Shown in pieces: positions 47,773-58,946 of a stretch of 64,000 nt of DNA; the stretch's first letter is position 1, and each line of letters begins with the position of its first letter. This DNA is from Coniocarpon cinnabarinum. Its lineage: Eukaryota. Under the pieces are notes generated by a model. The model was not told the DNA's origin. It saw nothing but the letters and a program-made list of their open reading frames with translations, and did no database searches. The translations under genes and the position numbers were made by a program. Where the stretch lies: assembly GCA_051942205.1 (NCBI GenBank), contig JAVECO010000064.1, positions 1 through 64,000 of the forward strand, in the 5' to 3' direction.

Positions 47773-48387
47773 TTACCGCATTGCACAGGCGTTGGATTCT
47801 CTTATTTCGGTTATTGTTGTGGCTTTGGTTTGTGTGACCATTGTTGCTTCAAACAATTTCGTATGATGCGTCTTGCAGGTGGATTTTCATCAGGAGGAGG
47901 ATAATACATGACACCGGGCGGAAGCGGTAATGACGAGCGCTTGGACATATGCGCTGATGACACATAATAATGACCAATGCTTGAACATATTAATGAATCA
48001 CAATGTCCCCAGACAACATGAAATGCTTTTAGAATCTGATGTATCTTCTCGTGAAAATTCAAAGAGTGTATGTTTTGTAGCGCTCCCGCTTCCCAGTTAT
48101 AGGAATCTCTAAGTGTTATATGCAGAGCTATCTGTTAAGGGACGTTATTCGCGGATACAGAAGAGTGAATACGAAAGTTAGGAGAACATGCTTTCGCATT
48201 TCACGGTGAGCTGCTCGTTTGCTTCGGGAGGAGTTCATTACTGTTCGGTCGGCATTTTGGAGCCGTGGCAACTACATTGGCAGCGCTCGTTGCTAGAAGA
48301 CTTTGGCTAGAAGGCTCTGGGTAGAAGGCTCTCAATCGACGGCACAAATGTCGCATACTTAACTGACCAACACTTGGAATATAGACA

Positions 48388-48569
48388 TTTTTGTAGACGA
48401 TTTTTGTAGACGATTTTTGTAGACGATTCTTGTAGACGATTTTTGTAGACGATTTTTGTAGACGATTTTTGTAGACGATTCTTGTAGACGATTCTTGTAG
48501 ACGATTCTTGTAGACGATTCTTGTAGACGATTCTTGTAGACGAATTTTGTAGACGAATTTTGTGGACGA
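48388..48569. repeat. Minisatellite A: 14 x 13-bp TT(T/C)TTGTAGACGA
   Basis: Counted directly; head-to-tail with no spacers. The last two copies are diverged. Confidence 0.95.
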
Positions 48570-48868
48570 TTTTGTTTGCCAAATCCATGCACTCGCTTGA
48601 CCAGCATGAGTACACCTCGTTGATTCACAAGTAACGTTGAGAAACCCCTCCTGTTTCGTTACAAACTATTCATTGGTGCCGTGATGTAGCAAAAGCCTTA
48701 ATTGAGCTAGTTAGATACGAGCTGATTAGGATATATCGCCGGTCGATCTGAGTGACTAGTACTTTGCTAGCGCTTTTACTATCACTTTATACTACTCTGC
48801 GCCACTCGGCGCCACTCGGCGCTACTAGTGGAGATTACGACTATGCCTTTTGAAGCACTTCTGGAAGA

Positions 48869-49008
48869 CCACATCTTGTAAACTATATCTTGTAAACAAC
48901 ATCTTGTAAACAACATCTTGTAAACAAAATCTTGTAAACAGCATCTTGTGAACCACATCCTGTAAACCACATCTTATAAAGCACATCTTGTAAATCACAT
49001 CTTGTGAA
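48869..49008. repeat. Minisatellite B: 10 x 14-bp C(C/A)ACATCTTGTAAA
   Basis: Counted directly; more diverged than array A and shares its TCTTGTARAC core. Confidence 0.92.
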
Positions 49009-49989
49009 AAAAGGGTAACTATCCTCTCCTAAGATAACGAATCACTAATGGGCCTCTCTTGATTATGTATCTCGTAAAAAGTGCACGAGTTGTTGTCACA
49101 CCCACTAGAGATTCGTTTGATGAATCAAATTTACTAAAGTGTATCAGCACAAGCGCACAGCAAGAACGCACTTCCTCTCCTTGAATGGGGGTTGACGTTG
49201 ATTTAACAATGCAGCTGCAGCCGTAAGCGTAGACAATATTAGGACAGTAGCATCAAAGCAGCGCCAAAAGCATAGTTGGGATAGTATTTTGGTCATCGAC
49301 TGATTATCACGTTTGCTGGCACTTCGTGCTCAGCAGTCGTCATGTAGCAGCGACTCGCATTTACCCTTCTATATTCTCTTTCGGATAAATAGCGGGACCA
49401 ATCCAGCACAATCGACACATTTCGCTCAAGCTACACTCACCACGGCATATGCGGATCATCGAAGCGTCGAGCTTCTCTTTCTCTCTTTCTCTCTTTCTCT
49501 CACGCACTTCGCTTCTATGAGCTGAATCACGCTTTGACTAAGTATATGACTATCGCGCCTCTCCGTTCTCGGCGGTGCACCCTAAACACCTTATCAAAAA
49601 GCAAGAATTGTGATTTAATGGTAGTCCCCGTCTGAACACTACCCCTTCAGCAATCTCTAGGGTCTAAAGGGATCTCTAGGATCCTAAGTTCCTTCTCCCC
49701 TCCCTGACATTCGTTAGCGCCCTAAACGCACGTCCCGAATGGGCATCCACATGAAATAAAGCGAATCTTTAGCACCTGTAATAAAGGACATCGCATTTCC
49801 TCTAGAAAAGAACTATCTCCACTGAGTTTGTAAAGTAAAGTCGCACATTCGTTTTAGTATCCGAGTAGGGGACATGACGCCAAAATTGAGAAGACGGAGA
49901 ATTACCATTTCAGCTGAAGGAGAATTTCGAGAGGCAGCTGATGAGGAAAGCGACGAGAGTGTCGTAGGTAGATATTTCCCGGAGATGAA

Positions 49990-50770
49990 TGGGAGAGATG
50001 TGGGAGATGCCGAACGTACATGTCGTAGAGCGATCCATGGAGATGCAGGCTTTGGTTCTGGGATCAGCGACACCGCGTAGGGCAAAGTACCCACCTAAAG
50101 AAGCCCCGGCGATGGCAATGCGAGATGTATTGGAGGCTAAAGCAGGGTAGGCTTTTGCGTAGGTTTCTGTGCAGCTAGAGGTGGTTAAGCACTGCTTGTG
50201 ACTTCCCAATCTGGTCGTGTTCTCATGCGTATGGTGGAGCATGATACCCTGGTCTGGTGTATCGAATGTGACTGCGCAACCGAGACTGCGCAACCGAGAC
50301 TGGGAGCAGCGGCAGGGAATAAGTAATGGAGCTTTCAGCGCCGCCCGTGTTGATCACTAGGACATTCCTCAACGCGTTGCTCAAAGCGTGGTACGTATAA
50401 ACAATGAAAACGCCAACAGTTTTCCATCATTAATGGAGTTTCCCATCAATGGAGTTTCCCAAAGAAAGTTGCACTGAGGAACGCGTCGGGCTGTGAAAAA
50501 ACCTCCGTAACCTTCCTCTCAATTAACCCTTCTCAATCCCCGAGGATTCGAAATGCGAGAATCATGAAGAATTGGTGAGCAAATACACCGCGGCAGGTGT
50601 ATAATTACTCACCCCCAAAAAGGCAGAGCTTCAGGCAGGAACAGGCACCGTTGTCTCTTATTTGGGAGATGGCTATTTGTGAGACGGCTCCTAGTACCTC
50701 GGCGACTTGGGAGTCGTGGTAGGCGGATTCGCCAAGGATGCGGAGGGCTTTAAGATTAAAGAAGGGGATC
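49990..50770 (-). pseudogene. Degenerate alpha/beta-hydrolase of the FUS2/PsoB-like type
   Basis: Collinear fragments: FFNLKALRILGESAYHDSQVAEVLGAVSQI, VLVINTGGAESS, GCAVTFDTPDQGIML, RIAIAGASLGGYFALRGVADPRTKACISMD. Broken by deletions, frameshifts and small tandem duplications (50270-50297, 50432-50460). Confidence 0.7.
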
Positions 50771-53040
50771 TGGAGAGGGGTTGTACTGGCTGTTTCATTC
50801 GAGTCGTGATGGATGTGAGGGTCAGAGGGAAACGAGGAAGAGTTTGAGAGACAGGGAGGGTTAGAGGAAAAAGAAGAAGAAGAATAGAGAGGAGAAATAG
50901 AGAAGGATGAAGCGAAAGAGGGAGGGGGTTGAAGAGAAAGTATAATGGAGAAAGTTGAAGCGAAAAGTCGATGGAGAAGGTTATATGAGAAGAGGTAGAG
51001 GGAGTTGTTTATGAGAGGGGAGGAAAACTGGTGTAGGTGAAAGAAGGGTTTTAGTCTTGCGTTATTGCTGGACAATTGAATTGGCGGCGACGGGGGGAGA
51101 AGGAGTGGGGAGAACGGGAGCTGAACATCCGGGACGAAGAGCATGTTTGATAACACCGTGGTCCAAGTTCATTCCTGGGTCTCATCACCGTTTTTCAATT
51201 CATGGATACGTTGCTGCTAAAGATTCTGCTGCTACACTCGGCATCACTCCCGCACCCCTCTTGCTTGGGTGAAACCACCACATTGTGACCAGAGGAGGCA
51301 GTGTAGTCAATGATTCGGATATTTCTGGTTGGGTTTTAGTTGACCGTTAGCTTATGGGTTTGCTAACGCACGCTACAAAACCATAACCGAGCCATTAACC
51401 ACACTGACAGAACGCGCGGCAGTTCTTGACAAAGTAGGCACGGTAGGTGCGCCTAGAAAGGAAGGCAACTACCTAATCACTTATTGCCAACTCCGACTGT
51501 TTCAGTTGGTGTCAAAATGGCCGATCGCGGCGAGTCGGAAAAAGATCGTATTCGGATGGCAATATATACGCATTGCTCGCCTCTTTCATGCCTGTCTAGC
51601 TTTCTGCGGCTGGTGTGTCAAGATGCGGCTTTACGTCGAGCAGTTCTCTCGGCGTGCATCGTGTTTGGTTGTCAATGGCGACACATTCGTCCGACTCAGG
51701 TAGGCTGTAAGAGGTTCTGAAATGAACAGCGTCAAATTCGTCCAAGGCTATGCGGATGTGCGCTGAGCGAACAGTTCTTCAAAAGACAAGCAGTCATCCT
51801 ACTACGACATATGTAGTCTCTCCAGATTTGGAGCGTTCGTTGACTCGCAGCTCGTTTTAAATCGTCGCCATCCGAACGTGTAGCTCGTATAGAGTTGACG
51901 CAACATGCACGTGCAGCTCTTGCTAGCCCACCGAAGGGTCTCAATCCTCTCTGCAATGGTACGTCAAGGCACGTAATATGCGTGGACCAAAAATCAGCTG
52001 GGTTCTTGATACTGATACTAGTGTGAGTGAACCGTCGTCCCTGTCTTTAGCATCGAGCTTGACCTTATACCTGTCGCTGCTTCTCAAATCTACGACGTGA
52101 CTAAACTCGCATGTAGTAATCGCTTTCTGGTGGTCCTTGAGATAGACTGCCTGGCTACTTCGTAAGTTTATTCGGACGGAGTCGCTACTTCGGTGTCCAA
52201 TGTGGATAGTAGTAAGCGGATTCGCCCAGGTTGGAATGCATTGGTTCCGTTCTGTCACCTCAGATGGTATGCAGACTGATTGATTTATGAATCGATCACT
52301 CATTTGAAGCACGTCGGAGAGCTTTGATGCTGTACTTCTATAGTGCTGTAATTTCTCGACCAGTTTGCATCGACAAATGCGTGCGCTAGGTAGTGTATGG
52401 AAATGCGACACTGAAAAAAGCAAGTTATCTACCGGTTTTTCTTGGCTCGGAAACTAGGGCAAAGACACATAAGCCACATGATGTTTTTGTCCAAATGTCA
52501 AAGCATCCCTGAAAACCTTTGAAGCGGGCTCCGAAAGTCTTTCAGCAGAGGAAATGGCGGCAATCATGCGTTCCTTGCAGTTGGCTTGATCTCTCAGACT
52601 GACACGGGTAGTCGTGAAACCCTGCTTCGACGTCGCCAGATACTGACTTCAATTAACGGTCGCGGTCATTACATTGCCACCATGATTGGTCTTCCACTAG
52701 AGCTCTAGGACGGCGCTTTTTCAGGAGCGGCGCAACACTTTCCGCTGTGTTTCTTCGCTTGAGATTGTAGCAATAAACAACACATAAGCCAGCTGGCAGG
52801 ATTGTGACTCGAGAAATCCAGACCTGTTCCCGGAGATAGACTTTTAGTAACACGGAGAGAGTTGCAACGCAGCCTGCGGCTCTTCAATCCAGCGACGTTC
52901 ATGCATGAATTTTGATAGCCACTGCACCTTGGCACCCGCTCGTTTCAAGAAGAAAGGGCGGCAAGACACGTTTTACTCGTCCAGGCGGTCGCATGACTTG
53001 AACGTCAGGTATGGCCATTATGAAAGCACAATTCAAACCC

Positions 53041-54614
53041 TCATCGAGACGATGAAGACGGCCGCCGACCCAATAGCAGGGTTCTCACGCGTTTCATCTC
53101 TTGTTTGAGCGGGTTAGAAGTCTCTGGGTCATGCATCGATCTTCGAAAGCCTTCACGAGCCAGAAACTCATCAAGCAGAGAACACATGATGGAGGTGCTC
53201 TTGACAGATGGCTTGTCAGTTTTAATCGCCTGCACCGCGTCTTCTGAGGCGTACAGGGCTCGCATGTGATCTTCGATTTGTGTGAGCATCTGTAGTGACA
53301 GCTGCATTAGAGCTTCCATCTGGACGTTGCTACCAGCTGCTAGTTGGAACTTGCCCAGATGAAGGCTGGGAAGGGCAAAAGACGTGAGTGGCATGGCTTC
53401 GCCTGGCGAGCGGTCAAGCAAAGTCCCGAGGTGGGCATATAGGCCCATGTGGAGTCTGACCACCGCAATAAAGCTCATCAGTAGGGACGGTAGGAATAGG
53501 TTGCCGCAATTACCTGCCACAATCTGTCAGAGCTTGATATGGATTTGACATTTCGTACATACTGCTTCGCTCATTGGCTTCCTTGCGAGCCTCATTGAGT
53601 TTGGAAAGCTCCTCAAGGAGATTGAGTAGATGCTCGGTGTGCTGAAGAGCCTTTCCGATCATATCTCCGGGAACTTCCAGACGGTCAAGCTGATCGCGAG
53701 GCGTTGGAATCGTAGGGGGGTCTGCTGCACTGAAGAGTGGGTTACCACGATGCAGAGCCTTAAGATCATGCAATATGTTCACATTTAGCGTGGCAAGGTC
53801 TTGCACCGAAGGCACTCGCTCTGAAGCTTCTCTACTAGTATGTCCCGATGTGTAATGGCTTCTGGTTGAGCTTTGGAGAATATCATCAAAAGTTGTATCC
53901 ATGTCCATATTAATATAACTGCTGAAATTGTCTGGTTCTGGACCTGTGTACATAGGCAGGCAATCGTTGAGGTCGGCCTGTGGAAAGCGAAGTGGATTTT
54001 GTGACGAATCAGATAAGGGTAAGCTGGCTAACGAGGTGGGTAGTGGGTTCTCTTGTCCGCAGCCCTCACGTTGTGTCTCACGCGCCATGTTGTTAGACAG
54101 TGGGGGACCGTGCAAGAGGTCGTCAAAATCGGTTCCGGTGGTCAAATTCCAGTCATCGGCTGAGTAAGCCCTGCTGTTGACCAGATCTGTTGTACGCGAC
54201 CCTGATGAATGTGTGGATCCGGCCGCTGCGTTGTCATTTTCTGCGCGACTTCGGATGGTTAGTTAATAGCGACGCATCGAGGCTTGACCTGGCAGAGAAC
54301 ATGTTTACAATGGTTGCTCATCAAACAACGTACCTTGTGCTCACATCGAGCTGAGTGCGCTGCTGTGCCCTTCTGTTTCCCTTGCCACCTCGAGCTCTTG
54401 TGCGAGACCTGACACTTTGCCCCACATGCTCTATCACGAAATCATATGACCGTTCTGTAGACTGCAGAGATTCTGCAGTCGCTGTGGTGATACATTGCGC
54501 ATCAGCTTTCGAGCATCGCCCACAAGGCGCATCGCGTGCCGACGCGCGGTCACAGCGGAGCTTCTGGCCCCGACACCTGTCGCAAGCATATCGTCGAGTA
54601 CCGTCACGAGACAT
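53041..54614 (-). CDS. Zn(II)2Cys6 transcription factor of the pathway-specific (AflR-like architecture) type
   Basis: RRYACDRCRGQKLRCDRASARDAPCGRCSKADAQC. Introns 54249-54333 and 53514-53562 restore one frame. C-terminal LPSLHLGKFQL...QLSLQMLTQIE. Confidence 0.82.
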
Positions 54615-55325
54615 ACTGCAAATGTTCAAGCTTCTATCAACATCAGAGACAAAAGACCCTTGAAAGTCCTTGAGAAAAGAGTGTGCACAGCTCAATTCAT
54701 TGTGGCTTCCACAGTGCAACAATCCCGCGCGCAGGTCTGCTCCACTCTATAGGCGACACATACTGCGCTCAGCGAAGCGTGTTCACAAGCTGCGGTGCAG
54801 GATGCAATGCAGTGACATGTATCAATTTGCTGTCTCGCTTGCAGCGTTCGCGATGGGGTCCATGGAGCTGATTGAGAGGCACGCCGCTGCCATCTACTTG
54901 CGCAGACTAGCAGGCAATCAGGACCCACAGCTTAGACTTGCAGCTGCGCTCGACGTTCCCAATGTCTCCGCATTCCAGCGATGTCTTCAAGCGGTGCAGT
55001 CGGGAAGTGAATGACTCGCGTGATTAGGTAAGTCTCGTCGTTGGTGTCTCACGTCACGTGATATCTCCCTTGCCAAGCCAGCCCCTCTTTGAACTTTCGC
55101 ATTATTTCCACCCATTTATAGTCGTGAGTTCCCGTACATCCAGCCAAAGTGAAAGACGCAAAGCCATAGCAATGGTGAGAACAGCAACGTCGTCGAACCG
55201 AAAATAATGACATTTTCATGCCAAAAGCGCCATAGGACTCGCGGAAGGATATTCATACATCTCCACGCGATCGCCACCTGTCACCAATATTTTTGCATTT
55301 CCAAACGGCCGCTAGCGTTGATGCT

Positions 55326-56439
55326 TCAGATGGCAATGTCTGGCTTAGCGTGCTTCAGCTCCGCCATGACTTCCTCCCACGTCTGGGCCTGCAACCGCGC
55401 AAATTGATCTTCCGGGATCAACGGGGCCACCTCGTTGAGCTTGTCGTTAGACCAGAAGCAACCGTGTGCCTTAGCACCCTGCGCAGGTCCCGAAACAATC
55501 TCGCGACTTCCCTCTTCCGCCGAACGCGCAACCACGGTCTGAAACACTTTCATGAACGCCCGGAGACCGATGCCAAACTCCCTGCCCAGAGACGTGCGAC
55601 ACATCCCCGGACAGCACGCCATAATGATAGGTTCATTCTCCTCACTACCCATTGCACTTACTTGTTGCGTGGTATAATTCTGCGTCTGAATGAGGCCGCG
55701 CTGCACGAACGTGAGGAGAAGCTTGGAGATGTGATATTGACGGTCGACGTTGAAGTTTGCTTCCTCGCTCCAAAAGCGCAGGATTTCTTTCCCCGCGCCT
55801 AACTCCATGGTGTCCGGCTTGACATCGAGGTACGCCGAAGAGCTGACGAGTTCCAAAATGGAGGGCCGACCCGTTTCTGCGCTAGTGGAGCGGAGTTTCG
55901 GCATCAAAAGCAGGGCGAGCATGGCCGTCGAGATGACGTTGATCTGAATTGAAAGCTCCCAGCCATATTGGCTGGTCCCGTAGGCAGGACGTGCGACGCC
56001 GGCGTTGAGAACGGCGACGTCGAGAGTGTCAAAGGTGGTTTCGAGTTTTTGAGCGAATGCGCGGATGGATTCGTAGGAGGTGTAGTCGAGCTCGAGGACG
56101 TGGATGGCGCAGTTGGTTGCGCCAGTGCGTTTGAGGATGGCTTCTTTAGTGACCTGGCCCTTGGCTGCACTGCGGACGCTGATGATCAAACGGGAGACAC
56201 CAAGGTTGACGAACTTGACTGCTGCTTCGAACCCCTGCTAGTGTCAGTACATTCATTCTGGCATCCAGGACATGCATACTTACAAGGCCGGAGTTGGCGC
56301 CAGTGATGAGGACGGTTTGGCCATCAAAGGAGGTCTGAGGATCAGCTGGAGGATTCCTGGCAGCGCGCCAGAGGTACGCCACCCCATCTGTGCCCCTTTG
56401 ACGATTGTCTGCCATTGACTCGGAGGGTTTTTGGTCCAT
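55326..56439 (-). CDS. Short-chain dehydrogenase/reductase (retinol-dehydrogenase-like)
   Basis: GQTVLITGANSGL/GFEAAVKF across intron 56235-56283; LDVAVLNAGV, catalytic YHISK, CCPGMCRTSLGR, ARSAEEGSR. Confidence 0.9.
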
Positions 56440-56753
56440 AACTAGGTGATGTGGTGTTCTCAGAGACAACGAGAACTGTCTGAGGTAGCTGTCGCTCTTC
56501 ACTAGGCAGTCTAAGACTGTGTGTGGGTTGTCGAAGTGTTACGATACAAGGGGCGGAGTGTTTGTCTTGTTCCTGATTCGGCCTACCGACTCCGAACAAG
56601 CACGCCCTTTTTGGAAGCCTCCACGCGGGCTCTTAGACTTTTCACTCAGTCAACTCTCTCTTTATATTGTGATGACGTCGTGTTGTGAAGAAGGCTACGT
56701 TAGTGGCGTTCTGGTGTGATGTTCGTGAAGACCTGACCATTCTGGTGGCTGCT

Positions 56754-57636
56754 ATGCGTGGTCTGAGAAAGAAGTCAGAGCAATCCACATATGGGGAGGA
56801 CAAGGGTGAGCAACCTTCGTCGTCGACCACAGACGTCGCAGACGACGATTCTGCAGCACCTACCTTCGAACCCAGCAGATCCTCTCTGATCATATTTGTC
56901 GGCCTCGTGTTGTTGGCATTTGTTAGCGCCCTTGATACCTCAGTCGTTGCTACTGCTTTGCCGATTATTGAAGTTTGGCTCCATGCTGGCGACAACAGCG
57001 TTTGGGTCATCAACTTCTATTTCTTGGCCAGATAGATGTCTTGAACGACTGGCGACATGCCGTTACAAGCCTTTGGATCTCGTTGAATTAGCAATACTGG
57101 CAGTGTGCCTTGCTTGTACGTCTCTAATCAAGAAGATACGACGAACGCTTCCTCGATCATTTTTCTCGTCTGCATTACTAATGCGTTCGCCCTGTTGATA
57201 GCCACGCTCCTCCCAGCTTACAAGCAGAGCTCACTGACGCCAACACAGCTACGAGTACGGCAGCGTGGGCATACATGCGTACAATCCGATCCATACGCAG
57301 CGTCGCTTTTCTTGCAGCTACTTTTACAAGTGAGTTTGATCGTCTGTTAAATCAGATCAACGACGATGGAGCGCGGCAGCAACTAGCAGACGGGCGAGTG
57401 CACCAGCTGGTTTCAGAGAGCTTTATTCAGAGCCTCCCACCTGACACAAAAGCCCAAGTCATCCAAGTGTACACGGAGAGCTTGCAATAGATTGAGTATG
57501 TCGGTGCAATATTTGCCGCTATCAGCTTCTTCTTGGTGTTCATCGAGCGAGAGATCCAGCTGAGGGCGACGCTGGACTGTGGGATGGAGGGTCAAAAGCG
57601 CCGCCTACCAGTGGGAGAGGCTGCTGCAGAGGCGTG
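56754..57636 (+). pseudogene. Internally deleted MFS efflux pump (DHA2, 14-TM type) pseudogene
   Basis: N-terminal LLAFVSALDTSVVATALPII...WVINFYFLA and C-terminal ATSTAAWAYMRTIRS...VIQVYTESLQ*IEYVGAIFAAISFFLVFIEREIQLR fit within only ~0.9 kb. Frameshifts and an in-frame TAG at 57488-57490. Confidence 0.78.
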
Positions 57637-58946
57637 AAGCGAGGAGCTGAGGCCCCAAGGTGCAGCAGGTCTTCATTCCCACCGCGACAAAAATGTGTAT
57701 ACTCATCCACGAGTATTTAAGACCCGGAAATAATCAAGCAACAACGATATGTTTGTTCCTCCTCAACCACACCAGTGACACTGTTGAAGTGATGCATGTT
57801 CAAGGGGTAGGTTGACGCTACCGTCTAGTGTCCCAAAAGCTTACAATCGGATATCACGTGATGCCTAGCCCCTGGCTGCTAACCAATTCGAGCACACGTT
57901 TCGGAGTCATCCATCCTCAACTGGCTTAGCCTGTCAACGCGTCGTCAGCAATGACGAAGACGTGTGACGAAATTGACCACGTACGCTCGCTACGTAGCTG
58001 TGCCGCCCTCTGCGTTTTGCCTTCGCTCCGGTGCCGCGAACGTGTCAAAAGCGAGCCTAAAATAGCCTCAAGTTCATCCGGCAGCTTTCGAATGGGACGT
58101 GCCTTGAATTATCCCCGATCGACCATTCGTTGACACGTCTCGAACCATTCTTTTCCGAAAATTTGTTGCTCTTCGCTTGCGGGAATGCCGTAGCTATTCC
58201 CTGGTGCGACTACGTGACCGAGGATGGACAGGCCGTGGACGAATCCGGGGCTGATCGTTGGACGCGTGTGCAGTTCTTCTAGATACACTTCTGGGCAGCT
58301 GTACTGGCCTCCTGCTCGACCAATGGCGCCATGGCAGCCTTGTATTGTTTTGATCCCCGTTAGGAAGTCGACAACGTGTCAGAGGTCATTTCTCGTTGCT
58401 GTTCGGATTGTTTGTGCGCAGCTGGCTGCATTGTAGTCAAATGCCCGAGTCACCCCTCTTGGATGAAGAGGACAGGCGGGAAACCGGAGTTGCAACCGAT
58501 CTTTGCGCATAGATGTGTGACGTGATGAGGCTTCACCACAATACAACACTGTGCCGTCTTCAGCTGGTTGATCCTGGTGTCGTGGTTGTCCACTGCACAC
58601 TGCAAGGCATGTTCTTCGCCAGAAAGTCGTGAGTTTATCAGTTTGTATGAGTCCAAACCCTGTCTCTTAGATGTGTTTCCCAACGAGGTGGCAATTTGGG
58701 GCCCGATCGTCGGATGGTTGCGAATGCGTTATTCGTCTTTTTAGAGCATGGTTCCTTCACACGGGGAAGAACTTTTAGCAATCCCATTGCTGGTGACGGT
58801 AACGTCGAGGTCTCTCTCTTGCAGCTGGGGCCCACTTTGTGGTATGCCAACGTGTATCTTATTTCCGTGGCCGTTCAGATGCTTGAGGCGAGTACTGGAA
58901 GTGATTGGGTCGGCGCCACGTTGATTTGACTCATGATTCCAGCATC

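Noticed and set aside
48307..49008. CRISPR-like array, or repeat-protein ORFs (IVYKNRLQESSTR; FTRCCLQD)
   Set aside because: The units are head-to-tail with no unique spacers, there are no cas genes, and the genome is eukaryotic. The ORFs are by-products of 13/14-bp minisatellites. They also lack signal peptides and Kex2 sites, so they are not RiPP precursors.
50605..51156. 183-aa S/P/F/L-rich ORF
   Set aside because: Mostly a translation of the CT-rich low-complexity tract; only its 3' part matches the hydrolase pseudogene.
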